From NCBI RefSeq assembly GCF_009834535.1, contig NC_045697.1:7070001-7134000 (forward strand): a stretch of DNA of 64,000 bases, in the 5' to 3' direction. Both the position numbers and the translations under genes were made by a program. The DNA is from Camelus ferus. Its lineage: Eukaryota. Positions 25,642-40,254 of this stretch are shown here, piece by piece. Every line of letters starts with the position of its first letter. Position 1 is the first letter of the stretch. The notes under the pieces were generated by a model. It did not search any database. It saw nothing but the letters and a program-made list of their open reading frames with translations, and was not told the DNA's origin.

Positions 25642-28600
25642 GCTGTCATTTTAGCTTTAAACACTGTTGAAGTATTCTTTTCTTCCAAGCTACTGGAACT
25701 GGCCAATAAAAGTCATAAGAGAGAGCTTCAGTTTCCTGACCTCGGAGGAAATGAGGGGCGAGAACACCCGTGCCTGACACAGATCGCTGAATTTCCATGG
25801 CCTGCAATCACCGTAACTTTCATTAAATGCTTGCGTTGTTTCTCTTAGAGAAAATGAACCTGATTGATTCCAGCCAGTATTAAGGAAAAAGGCCTCTGGG
25901 TTTCCCTTCACATGAATGTAGAGTGTTTGCAGTGTGATAAAGCTGCATTCATAGCAGCGCTTCGCTGAGGGCTACGGTAGAGCCGACCTGCCCAGGAAGG
26001 GAGGCCAGTCAGATTGCCAAGAACAGTATCACTGGCGGCAGGTCTGGGCAGCAAGTCTGCGAACAGAGGCAAAAGCCTGCAGGAGGGATTTGTTCTCCAG
26101 TCTGGCTCGCATCCTCCGGGTAAGGCTGTTACCAATGTTAACATTGACGGTTGGCAGGGTGTGAGCGAAAGTCCAGGCTTTCCAACCGGGCAGCCCCTGG
26201 TCACGTCCCTGCACTGAGATGAACTTGTAGCCTGGAGCCCTGTCCATGGCAGCTCCGGCTGAAATGGGTTAATGAGTCCTGCCTTGCCTATGAAGATGAA
26301 ATGGGGTATGCACGTTGACTTTTAGTAAATGTCAAAAACATGAAAAACAGCAAAAACAAAAAATGCCGAGTCCTTTCCCTGCTGTACAATCTACAGAAGG
26401 GGCTTAGCTGAAGACGTGGTACACCTTCAGGGCAGTTAAAACGAAAAGGAAGACACCCTAGTTGTGCCTTCCTCCCCTCCCGCTCACTGCCCCCTGTGTT
26501 AACAGTCCTCAATAAGGAAGGCGCATTATAACAAGCCATTCAGTCAGGAATTCATTTCTAAAGTAGGGAAAGCTGATTCATTTGTTAATGGATGAACGTA
26601 CTTACAGGTTAATGAATTTTATAACTTGGTTAAATGCTGTACCTGCTCAATGAGGTTTTATTTTATGCATATTCACTCAGCACAGACATTCATTTCCTAA
26701 ACTGCACTTTATGAATATTTATTTAGCATGGTTTCACTTTTCGGCATAGCGATGTATTTAGTGCTCCTCTCTGCATTCTGACGTTGTCCGGCAAGCAGTA
26801 AGAACCGGAGGAGGGACGCCTGCTCTGTGCCTCTACCCTGCAAAGAAGTGAGCGCTCTGCTTTTCAGAATAATGGTCAAAACAACAACAAAACACAATGC
26901 TAGTGAGTGAATTAGTAAGTTGACTGTTGTAGGAATGAATGAAGGAATGACCATCAGGAGGTGGACACAAAGGTGGAATTCTTAAAAGATCAGACCCACT
27001 ATATACTGTTGGTTCAAAGCTGGATATTAACTCAGTTTTGCACCCATTTTGATATAATTTATTGAGTATCAATGCTGCTGGGGGATTTTTTTTTTAAATA
27101 CGTAACACGAATTAGCTCATGTAGCCTTTACACCACTGCTAATGATGGTATGATACCCCTTTTACAGATGAGAAGAGTAAGTTGCAGAGGAAACAAATTT
27201 CCAAAGTCATTAAGGAGTGGTGAGGCTTAGCATGGCCCCTAGCTGTCTGAGCCAGTGTGTCGGTCATAGTGCTGTGCACAAGAACAGGGGCAGGCTAGGA
27301 GCAGAGCGGGTGGGCTTTGGCTCAGTATCATGGACCACCTGGAGGGAGAGGAGAGAACAGTAATGATGATAGGTCATATTTGTTGAGGGCTTATTAGGGG
27401 TCAGGCAACTTACATATAATACCCTGCTTAGTCCTCACAGCAAGCCACTGCAACAGGTGTTATGTTCTCATTTTACAAAGAGGAAGTTGGGGCACGGAGA
27501 ATTTAAGTAACTTGTCTAAGTTCAAAGAGCTAAGAAGCGATAGAGCCAGGAGCCCAGGATCACTTCTGCTCTGCTGACTCCCACTGGACTCGGGCGCTGA
27601 GGCTGCAGGCACTTGTCCCGCCCTGAGCAGACGGAGCTCAGACCCAGGGACACATCTTGTGCTTACAGGATGTCCTGGGGCCCATTTGGGAGCTGGAGTA
27701 TCACCAAATCAAAGGCAAGGCTTACAGATTTTTCTCAGGAGCCTAAAATAAAATTTTATTTACCTTTTAGTTGATTTTTTAACTGAAGACACATGTGGAA
27801 AGAATGTCTAAGGTGGCCTGCTGCAGTGTGTATAAAAGCCATTAACACAAACTGATGGCTCATGAAAACCGCCATTATCACAAGAATGCAGAAACTTTGC
27901 ACCCCACCTTGCTGTGATGCAACACCTGCTCAGGGGCCAAGAAGCCCTGAAAGTTTCGTACAATGAAGGAATCAGGGCACATTACATGCGTGTATGTACA
28001 CGTACTTGTCAGCATCAGAGCTTGTCCTTCAGAGAGGCACGTTCAGGTGAGCTAGAGAACAAAAAATATTAAAGATTTTTAGAAATGATGACTTAGTCAA
28101 CAAAATCCCTTTTAAGAAGGTAACTCAGTAAGGTGCATTGTTCCTCAGAGAATAGTATAATTCTTCCCGACTTTCGGGAACAGGGAACAGCGCCTGCTGC
28201 GTGTATTTCACAGTGCAGGTAAAGCCTGAGGGGAAGTCTGCTGGGACTTTCTGGGTGTCCTAGTATATTCCAAAGGAGCCTTTTAAAGACCAGATTGGCA
28301 AGGAAATAAACACAGCCAAAGGAGTACTGCGTGGGACCTAAAACGTGATTTCTCAACAGAACTTATATTTGATGGAGATAATTACTAATTCTTTTCATTT
28401 AAAATAAATAATCAAAAGGAAAAAAAAAACCCGTAACAGCATCTATTAACTATATTCATCATGACTGGGATGTTCAAGCTCTAACAAGCCATCCTAGACT
28501 ATCTTGGAAATAAAAAACAGTGGAAATTCTTTATTAGACTATCTCAAAAACCCAGAAGAGCTTTGAACACTTAACAATTTTGAAAGAGAAAAGATGCTGT

Positions 28601-29899
28601 GGGTACCCAATTAATGGAAATATTAAGCTCAGACATGCACAATCTCAGTGACCATTGACTTAGGTGCTTCTGCAGGTCAGCAACGAGGCACTCCGTGTCC
28701 CTAATTTCATTTAATCTTCACAAGAAGAAATCTCAAGAAAGGGAGCGTTATTCTAATGTTCCAGTTGTGAAAAACAAACAAGGAACTTGTCTAAAGTAGC
28801 AGAGCTCATTAGCAGCAGAGCCAGATTCTTGCCTATGATCAAGCTAATTCTACTTCCAGGATAGCACACTGCTTCTCATTTTCAATGTTCAAAATGGCTT
28901 CAAGATTGGGGGTTTTTTTTTTTGAAGTTTTTAAGATGAGTTCAAGTAAAGAATGATTAGAAATAGTTAAAAGCAGACTCCTCTTTGCTGAAGATCAGAT
29001 CGTCATGAGAAAGAATGACCTCCCTGACTCACTTTTTTCCCTTGGAAAAAGCCACTTCTGACCTAGGCTGTGACAGTAACTCAGGAGCTAGTATGAACTT
29101 CATTGTCAAGTTCATGAGAAATTCTGGGGATGAGATAACCAAGCTGGGAGATCCAAAAGTTTTCTCTTGGTTCCCAGAAATAGAAGGAGACGTGTCCAAT
29201 CTGGACAGAGCTTCTAAGTGGAATGTTCCAGGAGTATTCATGAGCGATCTCATGAGGAGAGGGGTATTGCAAAGGGTAATATTTTATACACTTTTGTGCA
29301 ATAGATTCAAGAGCAATCAATTTAAATAAATCAAAAGATGGGTCCAAATCGGGGTGGAATACATTGTTTATAAATAGCCTTGTGGATCAGCTGGTGACCT
29401 AGGTCCTTAAATGTTAACTCACTAAGTCCTCCAGGTGACCATGAGTTAGGCATGGACAGTCTCATTTTTTTCCCATATAATTAAACAAAGCCTCAGGGCA
29501 GCCAGTGTGTCTGAGGTTTCACAGCTGGGAGATGTTGGCACCCGTCACACTCACATCTGTCTAAGTTGCCTCAGAGAATGAGAGTGAAGGGGGATCTGAG
29601 CTCTCCTCCATCACGAGGAAGGAAAGAAAGCACCAGAGCTGTTTTCCTCGAGTGCAGAAGTCTCAGATCAGATTCAGCAGATGTCTGACCTCAAGGCAGG
29701 CGAAACAAATAAAGAAAGCAGAAATGCTTTGTTTAAATGAAGATAGACGGTGTTCCAAAAAAGGGCCCATGGGCAAGTTAAGCTAGTCAGCTACTCCTGA
29801 GGCAGGCAGCTTAGTCAGTAAACAGGCAGGCCCTTGAGTCCAACTGCCTGGGTTTGGGCCCATCCTAGGTTTGTCCTTAGGCAAACACCTGGACGGTGC

Positions 29900-30535
29900 A
29901 AGCATTAGTTTGGGTCTGCTGAGAACCAGATGCCAAGATGGGAATTGCACAGGTAAGACATTTATTGAGGGAGTAGATTAGTAGATTTGCCATAACAAAA
30001 CACCACAGACTGGGAGGCATAAAGAACAGACATTTATTGTCTCACAGTCTGGAGGCTGAGAAGTCCAAGATCCCAGGCAATTGAATTTCTGGTGAGAACC
30101 TGCCTCCTGGATCTCAGATGGCCACGTTCTCACTGTGCCCTCACATGGAAGAGAGACAGAGTGGGGAAGAGAGATTGGGAACAGGGAGGGGAACACAGCA
30201 CTGTCAACAGCAGGGGGATAGTAGGGGTAGGAAGGGCCTTCTGTGGCCTGCGTGGATGTCTGTGAAAAGAAAAGGGAAGAAGAAGATTTGAGTGGGGAGC
30301 ATCTTTGGCTGCAGTGCACTTTCAAGAAAGTTTTGGCCAGGCTATGAGGTGTTCTCGAGGCAGTCACTCATTAGAGGAGCCTTGCCTCTGCCTGGCATGG
30401 GAGCGGAGTGCCCTGTCATTGGGCTGGGGGTCGCCCGAGGGAAAGTGTGGTAATGAAGGCAAAGGGACTAGCAGCTGGGACCATCAAATTATGCTTCCTC
30501 CAGGAAGAGAGCTGCGTGGTACATTTGTCTGGCTA
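29900..30535 (-). mobile_element. LTR16/LTR33-like ERVL LTR with an MLT1 fragment (~29975-30160) inside
   Basis: ttagtttgggtctgctgagaaccagatgccaagatggg...catttattgaggg, then gccataacaaaacaccacagactgggaggc...cacagtctggaggctgagaagtccaagatc. Confidence 0.6.
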
Positions 30536-31129
30536 CTTCTGGGCATAGATAAGAGGATACCAACAACAGTGCACAATTCAAACAACCCTTGGCAGGATTC
30601 ATTGAGTTCATATAAAACACATGGCTCAGTGCCTGGTACATGGTGAACACTTGATATTCATCAGCTCTTATTAAAATGTACTTGTCAGACACCCTGGTCT
30701 TTGGGTGACAGATGTGAAGAGTTCTAATTATATATTCTTCCTGGGTTGTGTTTGTTCATTGTCAACACCCACCCTTCAATTAAATATATCATTGATTTTA
30801 TTGCTTTGTAGAAGTCTTCCAAGGATCATCAGTGTGGATGCTCAAACAGGTGATTGCTCTGTAAAAGGAATGAATAACTCTGTGCTCCTGACTTGAGGCT
30901 GTGACCATAAAACACAATTGCAGCTGCACTGAGTATTTATATGTGTCTAGTTCAGTTGAGGTACCTTGGAATTAGAACGCCTCAGAATTAAATGGAAAAT
31001 GTTAAGCCATCTGGTCCAAACACCATGATCTGCTTGGATTTCCCAAATAAATGATCCTCCAGCTTCTTTTCACCAACAGCAATGATGGAAAACATGCTGT
31101 TGTACGTGGTTGGCTGTTCCTTCCTGGGG

Positions 31130-31540
31130 CTGCGTTCAGGCTACTTTCCATCTGACTTTAGATCCACTTTCCATTCTCCTCCACCCTGTGCTTTTCTCCA
31201 CGAGGGTGGTCTCTAGGGGCTGTATTCTTATTTCCAGTTGGATTTAGCCAACATCCAGCAGGACGTTGGTGAGTGAGTGAAGTCAGGTTACTTCTTTCCT
31301 TGAGTCCTGACCTGAGGATACGACAGGGCAGGCGAGTCCCTGACTGGAGTCACTGCTTCTCCCAAGCTAGCGGGTGCTGATGACACCTCGTGCTGCTTTT
31401 TGACTAGCCTCTCACATTTCCCTTTGTGGTTCTCTTACAGGTCGCCCATTCCTTTGTCGTCAGCTCCACTGATAAATCCATCTCAGATTACCCCGATGTG
31501 AGTTCGCCATCTGTCCCTCATTGGTGCCCGACATGATGGG
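31130..31540 (+). mobile_element. LTR16-like ERVL LTR
   Basis: cagttggatttagccaa...cagcaggacgttggtgagtgag...cagattacccc...tgagttcgccatctgt. Confidence 0.5.
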
Positions 31541-32029
31541 ACGCCTGACTCCATCCGCTGCAGTCAAACAGAAAGAGCCACGTCTATCTTTCCAGGTAAA
31601 AGTTCTTCAAGTCCACAAGGCAGATTTTAATAGAATCTAAAAATCTGGACTCTGTTACTTTCAGTCTGAGGCTTTTGTGCCAAAGATTTTGAAAGAATTT
31701 CATAGAAAACAAAATTTGAAAGCTAAGTAGTTCTCTTAAATTTCCTGCTGAATTCAGCAATCCTTTGTATACCTTCCATTCAAACAACGTCCAAGTCTTT
31801 TCACAGTCTACTTACATTTCCAGTCTTCGCCATCTCTTAGGAAAACATATTCCCTGTGCGCATTCCTTTGTGACACTAGATGTTCTGTGTTGAATAAAAT
31901 ATCATAGCATTTAATATGCCCCCCACTGAGTGTGTAAATGCTTCCTCTGAAGTTATACTGTACGCCTTTAATGTTGTTATATATTTTCAGTTTAAGAGAC
32001 CAGTGAAAGTCAGGGGGTGGGGAGAAATG

Positions 32030-32900
32030 GAGAAAAAAGGAAAAACGCAGAAAGAAAGAAATCTACAACCTCACCACACAAACCACCCAGTTAACAGGTT
32101 TCTGAATAATTTATAGTCCTCCTACTGTCCAGAAGAGCATTTTTTTACATACTGTAATCATAAATTTACTTTTATCCTGTGTTTTCTATCTAACATGGTA
32201 ATGTTTTCCCATATTTTCATGGAACATGTAAGAATTTCAGTACAACCACATCTTGGCAAGCAAGACACTGTCATCAATGCAAACCCTGCTAATGTTTCAA
32301 TTCCAACCTCTTCAGTTCTGCTCCTGGTCTTGGCTAATGTTGAATCAGTTATACAGATGATGACTGGCCCAGAGGCTTGGAAAATGTAAAGGTTAGAGTA
32401 TTTTCTTCACACCAAGATTTGTTTCAGATTTATGCCAGGTAGGCTGATGTTTGTAAAATAGTTAAGCAAGATCTCTCATTTTATATGTTTTATAATAAAT
32501 ACATTTTTAGATTGGTAGAAAAATAGAATATGTATGTCAACAGACAACTTGGTTGCTTTCAAAATCGCTTTTACAATAACACCATTATAACATCACTTCA
32601 GTGCAATCTTTGTTCATCACTCTTTACTTCAGGCACTGTTATTTCCTTGAAAGAGACTTACCACAACAGAATTAGTTAGCAAAAGACTCTGCTCATTATT
32701 GAGGACCTTGATACGCATTGTTTAATTGCTCTCTGGAATGTTTTCGACATTTGAACTTGAGGTTATATAAACATGTCCTAATTTATCATTAGATCTTTAT
32801 CAGTGCTAAACATTACATACATATACATTATATATATTTAAATATTTACAAATTTGAGAGGGGAAATAGTCATTCACTTTTATTACAATTAATTTAAAAA
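32030..32900 (-). mobile_element. Decayed ancient L1 3' region (L1ME-like), fragmented
   Basis: T-rich; gacaacttggttgctttc, tgtttaattgctctctggaatg, acaaatttgagaggggaaatagt resemble antisense L1 3' sequence. Confidence 0.45.
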
Positions 32901-34099
32901 TATTCCTGGAGGGTCTGAGCAATTATCTGGATTTTGCTTAGTAATTATTTTGGCTTTGGGAAGGATACATTTTTCCCTCCTGCTCCCAGAACTGCGGGTG
33001 GGCCTCGATATAAAATCTTCCTTGATCGGCACACACATTTCTTAAATTTGGCCGCACAGCCCCTCAGTTTCTCACTTTCCAAAATGAAGAGACTGAATAG
33101 CATAGGAGTCACAGAAGGAGAATGTCCAGCTCACAGGTGACTGGAGGTTATCAGTGCAGGTCCTGCTGCCATCCCAGCTCCACCCTCTCTGGCGCTGTTT
33201 GGGGTCTGGGCCAACGTTGGGGCACTTACACAAAGGGTTACTGACTCAGAGACTCGGGGTGGCAAGTTTTGAAGTGTATCCCACCACACCATGTATTATG
33301 TAGACGGGTCTGATTCTTGCAACAAATGCAAGCATAATTTGACATCGATCACTAAGGGTCCCCAAAAGTGTCTATGGAAAGTCGGCCTGGGTATTTTGAA
33401 AGGCATAAGCATCTAGAAATACTATGAGAGGCAAAAAGGAGAGATATTTTCTTCTTAAAATCTCAGTAAACAGCCACTTAAGTTCCCTCCCCTCATTTCC
33501 TTCTCTCTAACATCTGGGACAGTTGAGAAAAGGCAGTCTATGCAAAGTGCCTTTCACAGTGTTCCACATCTGCTTCGTCCTTAGGAGAGGGTACCGCCTC
33601 TATTAGCTTAAGCATTGCCACTGAATAGCGGTGTGACCACAAGCAAGTAACTCAGTCTCTCTGAGTATTAGCATTTTATCTGCTGGATTCAGATGCCAGA
33701 TGAGACGGTGTCAGAGAGCTCTGTGATCAAATGGAGCCAAAGAATATGATCCAAAACTCCAGGGATGCAATACAGCCTAGAGGGGAAGGGAGCTATTGGA
33801 CCAACATCATTTGTTAGTCTCCATGTGATGGAGAGCAAGAGATGATGCCCAAGAGGGGAGATGCTGGACCCTCTGCCTGGGTTCACGTGCCCAGCTCTAC
33901 CACCCACAAGAATTTGCCAAAGAGAAATTGCACTGGGACAAAACATACCCTATTTCTTTGCCAGGCTTTACTCTGTGCCCAGAGTAAACAACCAGGAGTG
34001 TATGTAGAGTACAGCTGAGCTGAAGAAATCCGGGAGACTTCAGAAAAATCACACGCATGGTCCTCACTGGGAACTTTCATGTGACGCCAAATAATGTAT

Positions 34100-34460
34100 T
34101 TTCCCACCGCAGGGCTGCACGCTTGCCCTTCTCTCTGCTGAGAGCCCTCTTCCCCACCCTCCACAGGTCTGGCCCTTTCTCATCCCTCAGATCTCAGCTC
34201 TCTTGCTTCAGCCCACTCCCCTGTCACTGGCAGCCCTGTCTAAAGACACACATCTGTCATCACAATCTCATCATCCCAGGATGTTGTCCTCAAAGCAATT
34301 ACCACCCCCGTGTGCATGTGCTCATTTCATTTTCTGTCTCTTCAACTAGATTTCAAGCTCCAAGAGAAAAGGAACACCTCTTTCTTGTTCACCATTGTGT
34401 ACTGATGTCTGCCATATACAGTAGCTGTATAAATATTTGCCAAATAGATAAATGAATGAA
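34100..34460 (+). mobile_element. L2 3' end
   Basis: tctcatccctcagatctcagctc...actagatttcaagctcc...taaatatttgccaaatagataaatgaatgaat. Confidence 0.7.
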
Positions 34461-37400
34461 TCGACAAACGAATCCTGGGAGGAACCCCTCAGGCAGGACA
34501 TGGGCAGATGCATTCTGCATAAGGGAGGAAATCATGGGAGGGCAGGAGGAGGAATATTTTATCACCAACATCATTTAACATCACCAGTGCACGGCAGTGA
34601 TAAGAAGCAAACCTGCTTTTCATGACTGCTTTTAAACTCTGGATGTACAATGTGCCCCTCGGTGTGATCATCGAGGGCAGAATTCTCCCTCTGCCCTGCC
34701 CTTGAAATGCCCCTGGATTCAAAAGTAAGTCATCCTCTCAATGTGGAGAAAGAAAATGCTAAATGAAGGCATGTGGGGGAACACCAATATCTATCAACTG
34801 CCTACTAACTACCTAAATATTCCTTCAACAAACCTTTCTTGAGCACCTGGTGTGAGGCCAGTGCTGTGTGAGGTGCAAGGGAGACAAGGGGACACAGGCC
34901 TCCTGACGGGCTTTGCACCTGGTTGGGGACTTGGGCCCATGAGTGACCATGACACTGAATGGTCAGGCCTGTCCCACCGGTGATATTTTTATAAACTGCT
35001 TTGGGGATGCTATGGAGGTGCTACGTCCTTCCACTTTGAGGACCAGGGGAATTTATATCTAAGAGGTGGTATATCAGCAGGGCTGTGAACACCATGCGGG
35101 CCACTGCTGGGTAGCAAAGGGAGGATCATGTTTTGAGCAAGGCAAAGAGGTATAAAAAATTGAGTCCTGTTTGGGAATCTAGGCTAGTGTGTCTGGCACT
35201 CTTCTGTCTTAAAATGTGACCAAGTACATAGACGAGCAGAGAAAGAGGACAGGAAGGTAAATTGGAACAATCTTACAAAAGGCTTTGAATGCCACATTTA
35301 AAAACCAAAAAGCAAACTTACCTTCCATCAACGGGAAGCCGTCAAGGCATGTAAAGTAGGACTAACTCCCCTGTGAGGTCACAGCCAACGCAGAAAACGT
35401 GAACTCCACGCAAAAGCCAGCCAGCCAGGGAAACGGAGCTCCCGACGCCATCCACCTGCTTTCTGCATAGATGTTCCAGCCATTTATTTACTGCCTTTTA
35501 TCTAAACTCAGAAACTCATTCATGCTTATTAATGACTGTCTATACTATATGACAAGTGTGATATTTAAAAACGAGAAGTTACTTGAAGTATGAGATTGCC
35601 AAAGAAACTACAAATTCCTCCACATTTGAAATCTTCTCAATTCTATCAGCCCCCATGGCGTCGGAACCAGAGATGAAACTCCAAGCATTTTTCATAGGAA
35701 GAGGAACCAAGCATGAAGCACTGCAAACATCAGTTGCTGTTGTTTTATATGCTATGAATATGCCAAGGTCTTCAACAGGAAAGGTCCATTGTCTCTAGTG
35801 TAGTGATAGTAAAATACATAATGTGATATGATTATGCATATATTAAAGTGATGCATATGCAAGACAAGGGTGAGAGCAGGGAAAAAGGGGAGACAGATTC
35901 TGTGTTGTATGATGGGGAAAGTTGGCTGTAGCATGAGACAGTCCTGGATCAAACTCCAGCCTCAGTGTCCTCTCCTTTTAGGAATCACTGCCACGTTTCA
36001 AGGAGACAGAATGTATCGAAGATATTAACTCTATGTCCAAGTAAGGTATTTACACATATAATCCAAATGATGGTGCCATCGAACCCTCCTGCCTTAATTA
36101 CAGGGTCTCATTTCTTCTCAGTATCTTCCAATTCTTTCTTGGATCCCCAAAAGGAGTATATTATGTGCTTACAATTATCAGCTCATTGTCACTGCCCTGT
36201 GCATTGTTTGTCTGGTTAAGCTTAAGTTGTGTCATACAATGTAAGCTTTCTACAATAGCAAGACCCCTGAATCTCAAAGCTTGACATCCGCAGTCTGTTT
36301 GGCTGGGGCTGAAAGTGCTGGGATGTGGACACTGGCTCACTCCCCCATATGGAGCTACCTTTTTCACTGGACCCTAAGGAAACTCAGAATTCCACAAACT
36401 CTCCCATGAAAGCAGCTCCTTTAGCTACCCTCTTTCACATCCCCTCTTCTGCATGCAAGTCTCAGAAAACAAACTTTCAAACAACACCTCCATTTCTACA
36501 ATGATGAGGTGTGATTTGCAGAACATTCTGAATCCATTTCCTTTCACTAGTCCCTTGCCAGACCCCATCTCTAGACCAAGACAGTTCTGACTTAGCCATT
36601 CACACCACACCAGTGACTGACCAATGTGACATGTGAAACAGAAAATAAGTTTGCATTTCCAAATCCATGCTGAACTCTTGTCGCTAAATCCTGCCAGGAT
36701 GGAAGGATGACTTCGAGGAATAACATCTGTATGTAGAGGTTCTCAGGATGAAGGCAGCAAAGGAATCCTTCAGTTTCCCTGTCTAAGAGCATAACAAAAT
36801 GGTTACAGCTTTTAAGAAGGTTTTTTTTTTTTTTTTTTTTTTTTGGCTTCTACCCAGGACAATTTCAAAAATTTAAAGTCCTAATTTCAGGCAGAGCAGA
36901 TTGTTACTTAAAATCTTGGCACAAAGAAAAAGGAGAAGAAAAGAAAGAAAAAGAAAAAAAAAAAAAGGAAATGAAGGAAGATAAGGAGAGAAGACAAAAC
37001 TTTCTTCTTTTCCGTAACTAGGAGAAGTTACAACATTTTAGAACTTGCCAGGGACTTAGAGATCATCTAGTTCTATGACCTTTTTCAGAGAAGGAAATCT
37101 GAGACTCAGAGATGTAAAGATATTTGTCTAAATTCACAGAGCCAGCAAACAGATGAACTAAAACTTTGTGTAGCACTTTTTGCAACCCCCTGTTGTCTAG
37201 ATAAACAACAGGTTAGGTGAGAGAAAGACTCGCTCTGGGATTTTCTTACCCAAATTTGAACTGGAGAATCTAGCCGCCCACCCATTGGTATAGAGGTACT
37301 TGCTATCTTGTACTGAGAGAACCATGCTTGTTCGAGCTCCTGGCCACCAGCCAGAGATGCTGGGGTCTGGAAAGGCATCAGGGGGACTGCAGTGAATGGG

Positions 37401-38216
37401 AGGGAGATGCCCAGCTGGGAGGAGAATCTTGGCTCTCCACTGAGGATTGCGTAGGAATCCTCAACAAGAAACTGTTGAGAAATCCCTCTAGGATGATGAA
37501 CATCAAGTGCGGAATTGCAGGCCAGGGTGAGACACTGATGTGCACAAACAGTCCATCAAGCTCCCTACTTTGTTACTCTTGTTTTTCTTCCTCCTCTCCC
37601 TCCCCCTCCTTCTTTTTCTCCTTCTTTCATAAACACTGAGGTGATTCACACTTTCAGGTATCTAAACCCTAGTGATTTAGACATCCTAGCATCTAATTTA
37701 CATGGAGTGCGTGGTGGTACCCATGGTGTAGAGAGAGACCTTGTACATAACTGAGGTCTTTGCAATCCTTCACTGTTCCTTCTGGTCACTAATCAGGAAG
37801 CATATGCTGCCCTGAATGGATAAAGTGTATAGAACACAGAGCTGGGGATCAAATAGACTCTGTCCCTGTCTAGCTGTGTAGCTGTGTAGCTGTGTGTCTT
37901 TGAGGAAGTTATTGGTTGTCTCTGATTCTCACTTTCCACAGCTGATGACAAGGACAAATCACAAACCTCAAATGGCCCTTAAGGTTGGAAGGCAGAAAGA
38001 AACTTAAGCCTCAGAGCTGTTAAAACCAAAATTTCCATCCTTACCACCTCCACTTCTTAAACAGCTGCACTCCCTTCCAGAGGCCCCTGGGTGTGCCTGA
38101 GGGGCTGCTTGAAAGGAGTTTGTTGATCTTCCTTTTATCTTGTGTCCTCAACCCTAGGCTCTTCAAAGACCAAGAGTCGGCATCTTGGAGCACATCAGAG
38201 CTCTGGTCCAGAGCCC

Positions 38217-38672
38217 TGTGTTTAACGAATAATGGTCCCCAAACATGTCCACGTCCTAATCCTCCGGAATCCTTGAATACATCACATTATGTGGCAGAGG
38301 GACTTCGTGGATGCGATTAAGGTAAACATCTGAGATAAGGAGACTGTCCTGGGTTATCGGGGCGGACCCAATGTCATCACATCACAAGGGCCCTCATACG
38401 AGGGTAGCAGAGGGCAGACCTGAAAAAGGGTGGGATGGGGGCCTGCTCACCATGGAATGGAGACAGTTTCTAGGAGCTGGAAAAGACAACGAAAGGGATT
38501 CTCTCCTTGAACCTCCAGAGAGAACAGATCCTTGCCAGCACTTTGACTTTAGCTCACTGAGTCTGATTTTGGGCTTCTGAGTTCCAGAGCTTTGAGATAA
38601 TAAATCTGTATTGTCTTAAACCATTAATTAAGTTTATGATAATTCATTAGAGCACCCATAGGAAACAAACAC
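38217..38672 (+). mobile_element. MLT1D-like solo LTR
   Basis: aataatggtccccaaacatgtccacgtcctaatcc...ggattctctccttgaacctccagag...gagataataaatctgtattgtc...ataggaaacaaacaca. Confidence 0.85.
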
Positions 38673-38759
38673 AAACACCTTGGTGGACCTTCTGGGTTAA
38701 CCAAAACCCACCTGTAGGTGAACAACCACTCCTCTACAAGGCAGACACTCTGGGTCCTT

Positions 38760-39330
38760 ATTGTTATAAAAATAAGCCAAAGAGGATTTTCGTGTATTGG
38801 TTTCTAGGTTGTTTATTTCTTCCTGGCAGGCTGAGACCTGTTAGCTCAAAAGCCTGCTGGCCCCAAACTTAAACTTTCGCTCACCCAATTATTTTAAACG
38901 AAGCTCAAACAAACAGATTTTGAGTCATTTGGAGCCTCCCTGGTTTTTGTACTCTGGGTAACCTCACCCAGAAACTGTTAACCACTCATAAGGGAGGGCC
39001 TCGTAGTTACGAGTCCCCAAGCAGTGGTGGCCCGTCGGAGTTCTCTGACCCGGGGACTCCCAGCTATGCTGCTGGTCATGTTCCCTGGATACTTCAGCCC
39101 CTTTCGGCCCCCCGTCTCCCCCAAGAGTTCTCTGGCTTTTCTCCCCTTCTGAGTGGTGGACCCCTTGCCCTAAGCCTCTGGATCGTCTCATGCTATGCAG
39201 ACAGTCCCCTCTCACACCACCCCATCCAAGCAGCACTCAGTAAAGCATGTTATGTTTTTGCCTCTCATGGTCATATATATATTTTCCTTTGATAGCCTAT
39301 ACTCACAAGCTTCTCTTAGGAGAAATGGCC
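38760..39330 (+). mobile_element. ERV-type solo LTR (MER-class, subfamily unresolved)
   Basis: tgttataaaaataagcc...ctgagacctgttagctcaaaagcctgctggccccaaact...; AGTAAA poly(A)-like signal at ~39239 followed by a T-rich U5. Confidence 0.5.
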
Positions 39331-40254
39331 CCATGTCCAAGACTGCTTTTAAACTACTGACTTTTGTAGGAATCAAACTAAACCCTAAGGTGTAAACTTC
39401 TCTCTCTGCATAAGACTAACGTATTTGTAAACCATACATGTATATGTAAAATATACGTAGAAAGTTAAATACAGAGCAAACTCGTGTCCAATTATATCAC
39501 TTTTTTTCACTTGCTGTCTAGAGGGAATTGTTACATGAGACAGTGTTACACCTTCAATCAGTGCGCCTACATGCCTCATGGTTGTCAACAAAAAATATAG
39601 TTTAAGGTCCCCCTTATTTATTTGTTCTTTCTGTTTTTTTTTTTAAAGAGAGATTATGTGTATCATCTGCTTTTGTTTAGTAAGGAGCTAATCTTTTTTT
39701 TTTTATATATATTTTATTTCCAATCGTTTGGTCAGCTAAGCTCAGCTCGTGATGGGAATTTTTTGTCAACCAGAACTGACAGAGCCGTGGGTGAATGTTC
39801 ATCCTGGTGAGCTCTGACTGATGATCACACCCACTGAGGTTGTGAGGCTGAGCATTTTGCAGGTAGGTTGGGAACAACATGATTTGGAGAGCCGATAATG
39901 TACTTCTCAGGAATGGATGACATTGAAAACTGTGTACAGTAGCTGAAATTCTAAATATAAATGATTTATTTGGTTTGAAGCTAAGTCACCAGTTAGGCAC
40001 GCAAAAAGTGAGTGCAATTAGGCTACTTTACATTAAATATCATACTTATTTCCCATCTATAAACTGATAAATAATGCAGCAATTGGAAACTGGAATGTTC
40101 ACGCAGTGAAGTCACCCAGAGTCAGCACTTCTGTGGAAGTCCTTTTGCATAGGCCGCAAATGAGTCAGGAACGTGACTGCCCTGCTTGCAGTTAAGTAAA
40201 AAGTTACCAGAGGGCCTAAGATTGGATTTATGTCTTTTCTTATGTATACGCATA

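Noticed and set aside
37870..37895. (tagctgtg)x3
   Set aside because: Trivial slippage repeat within a MIR-like fragment.
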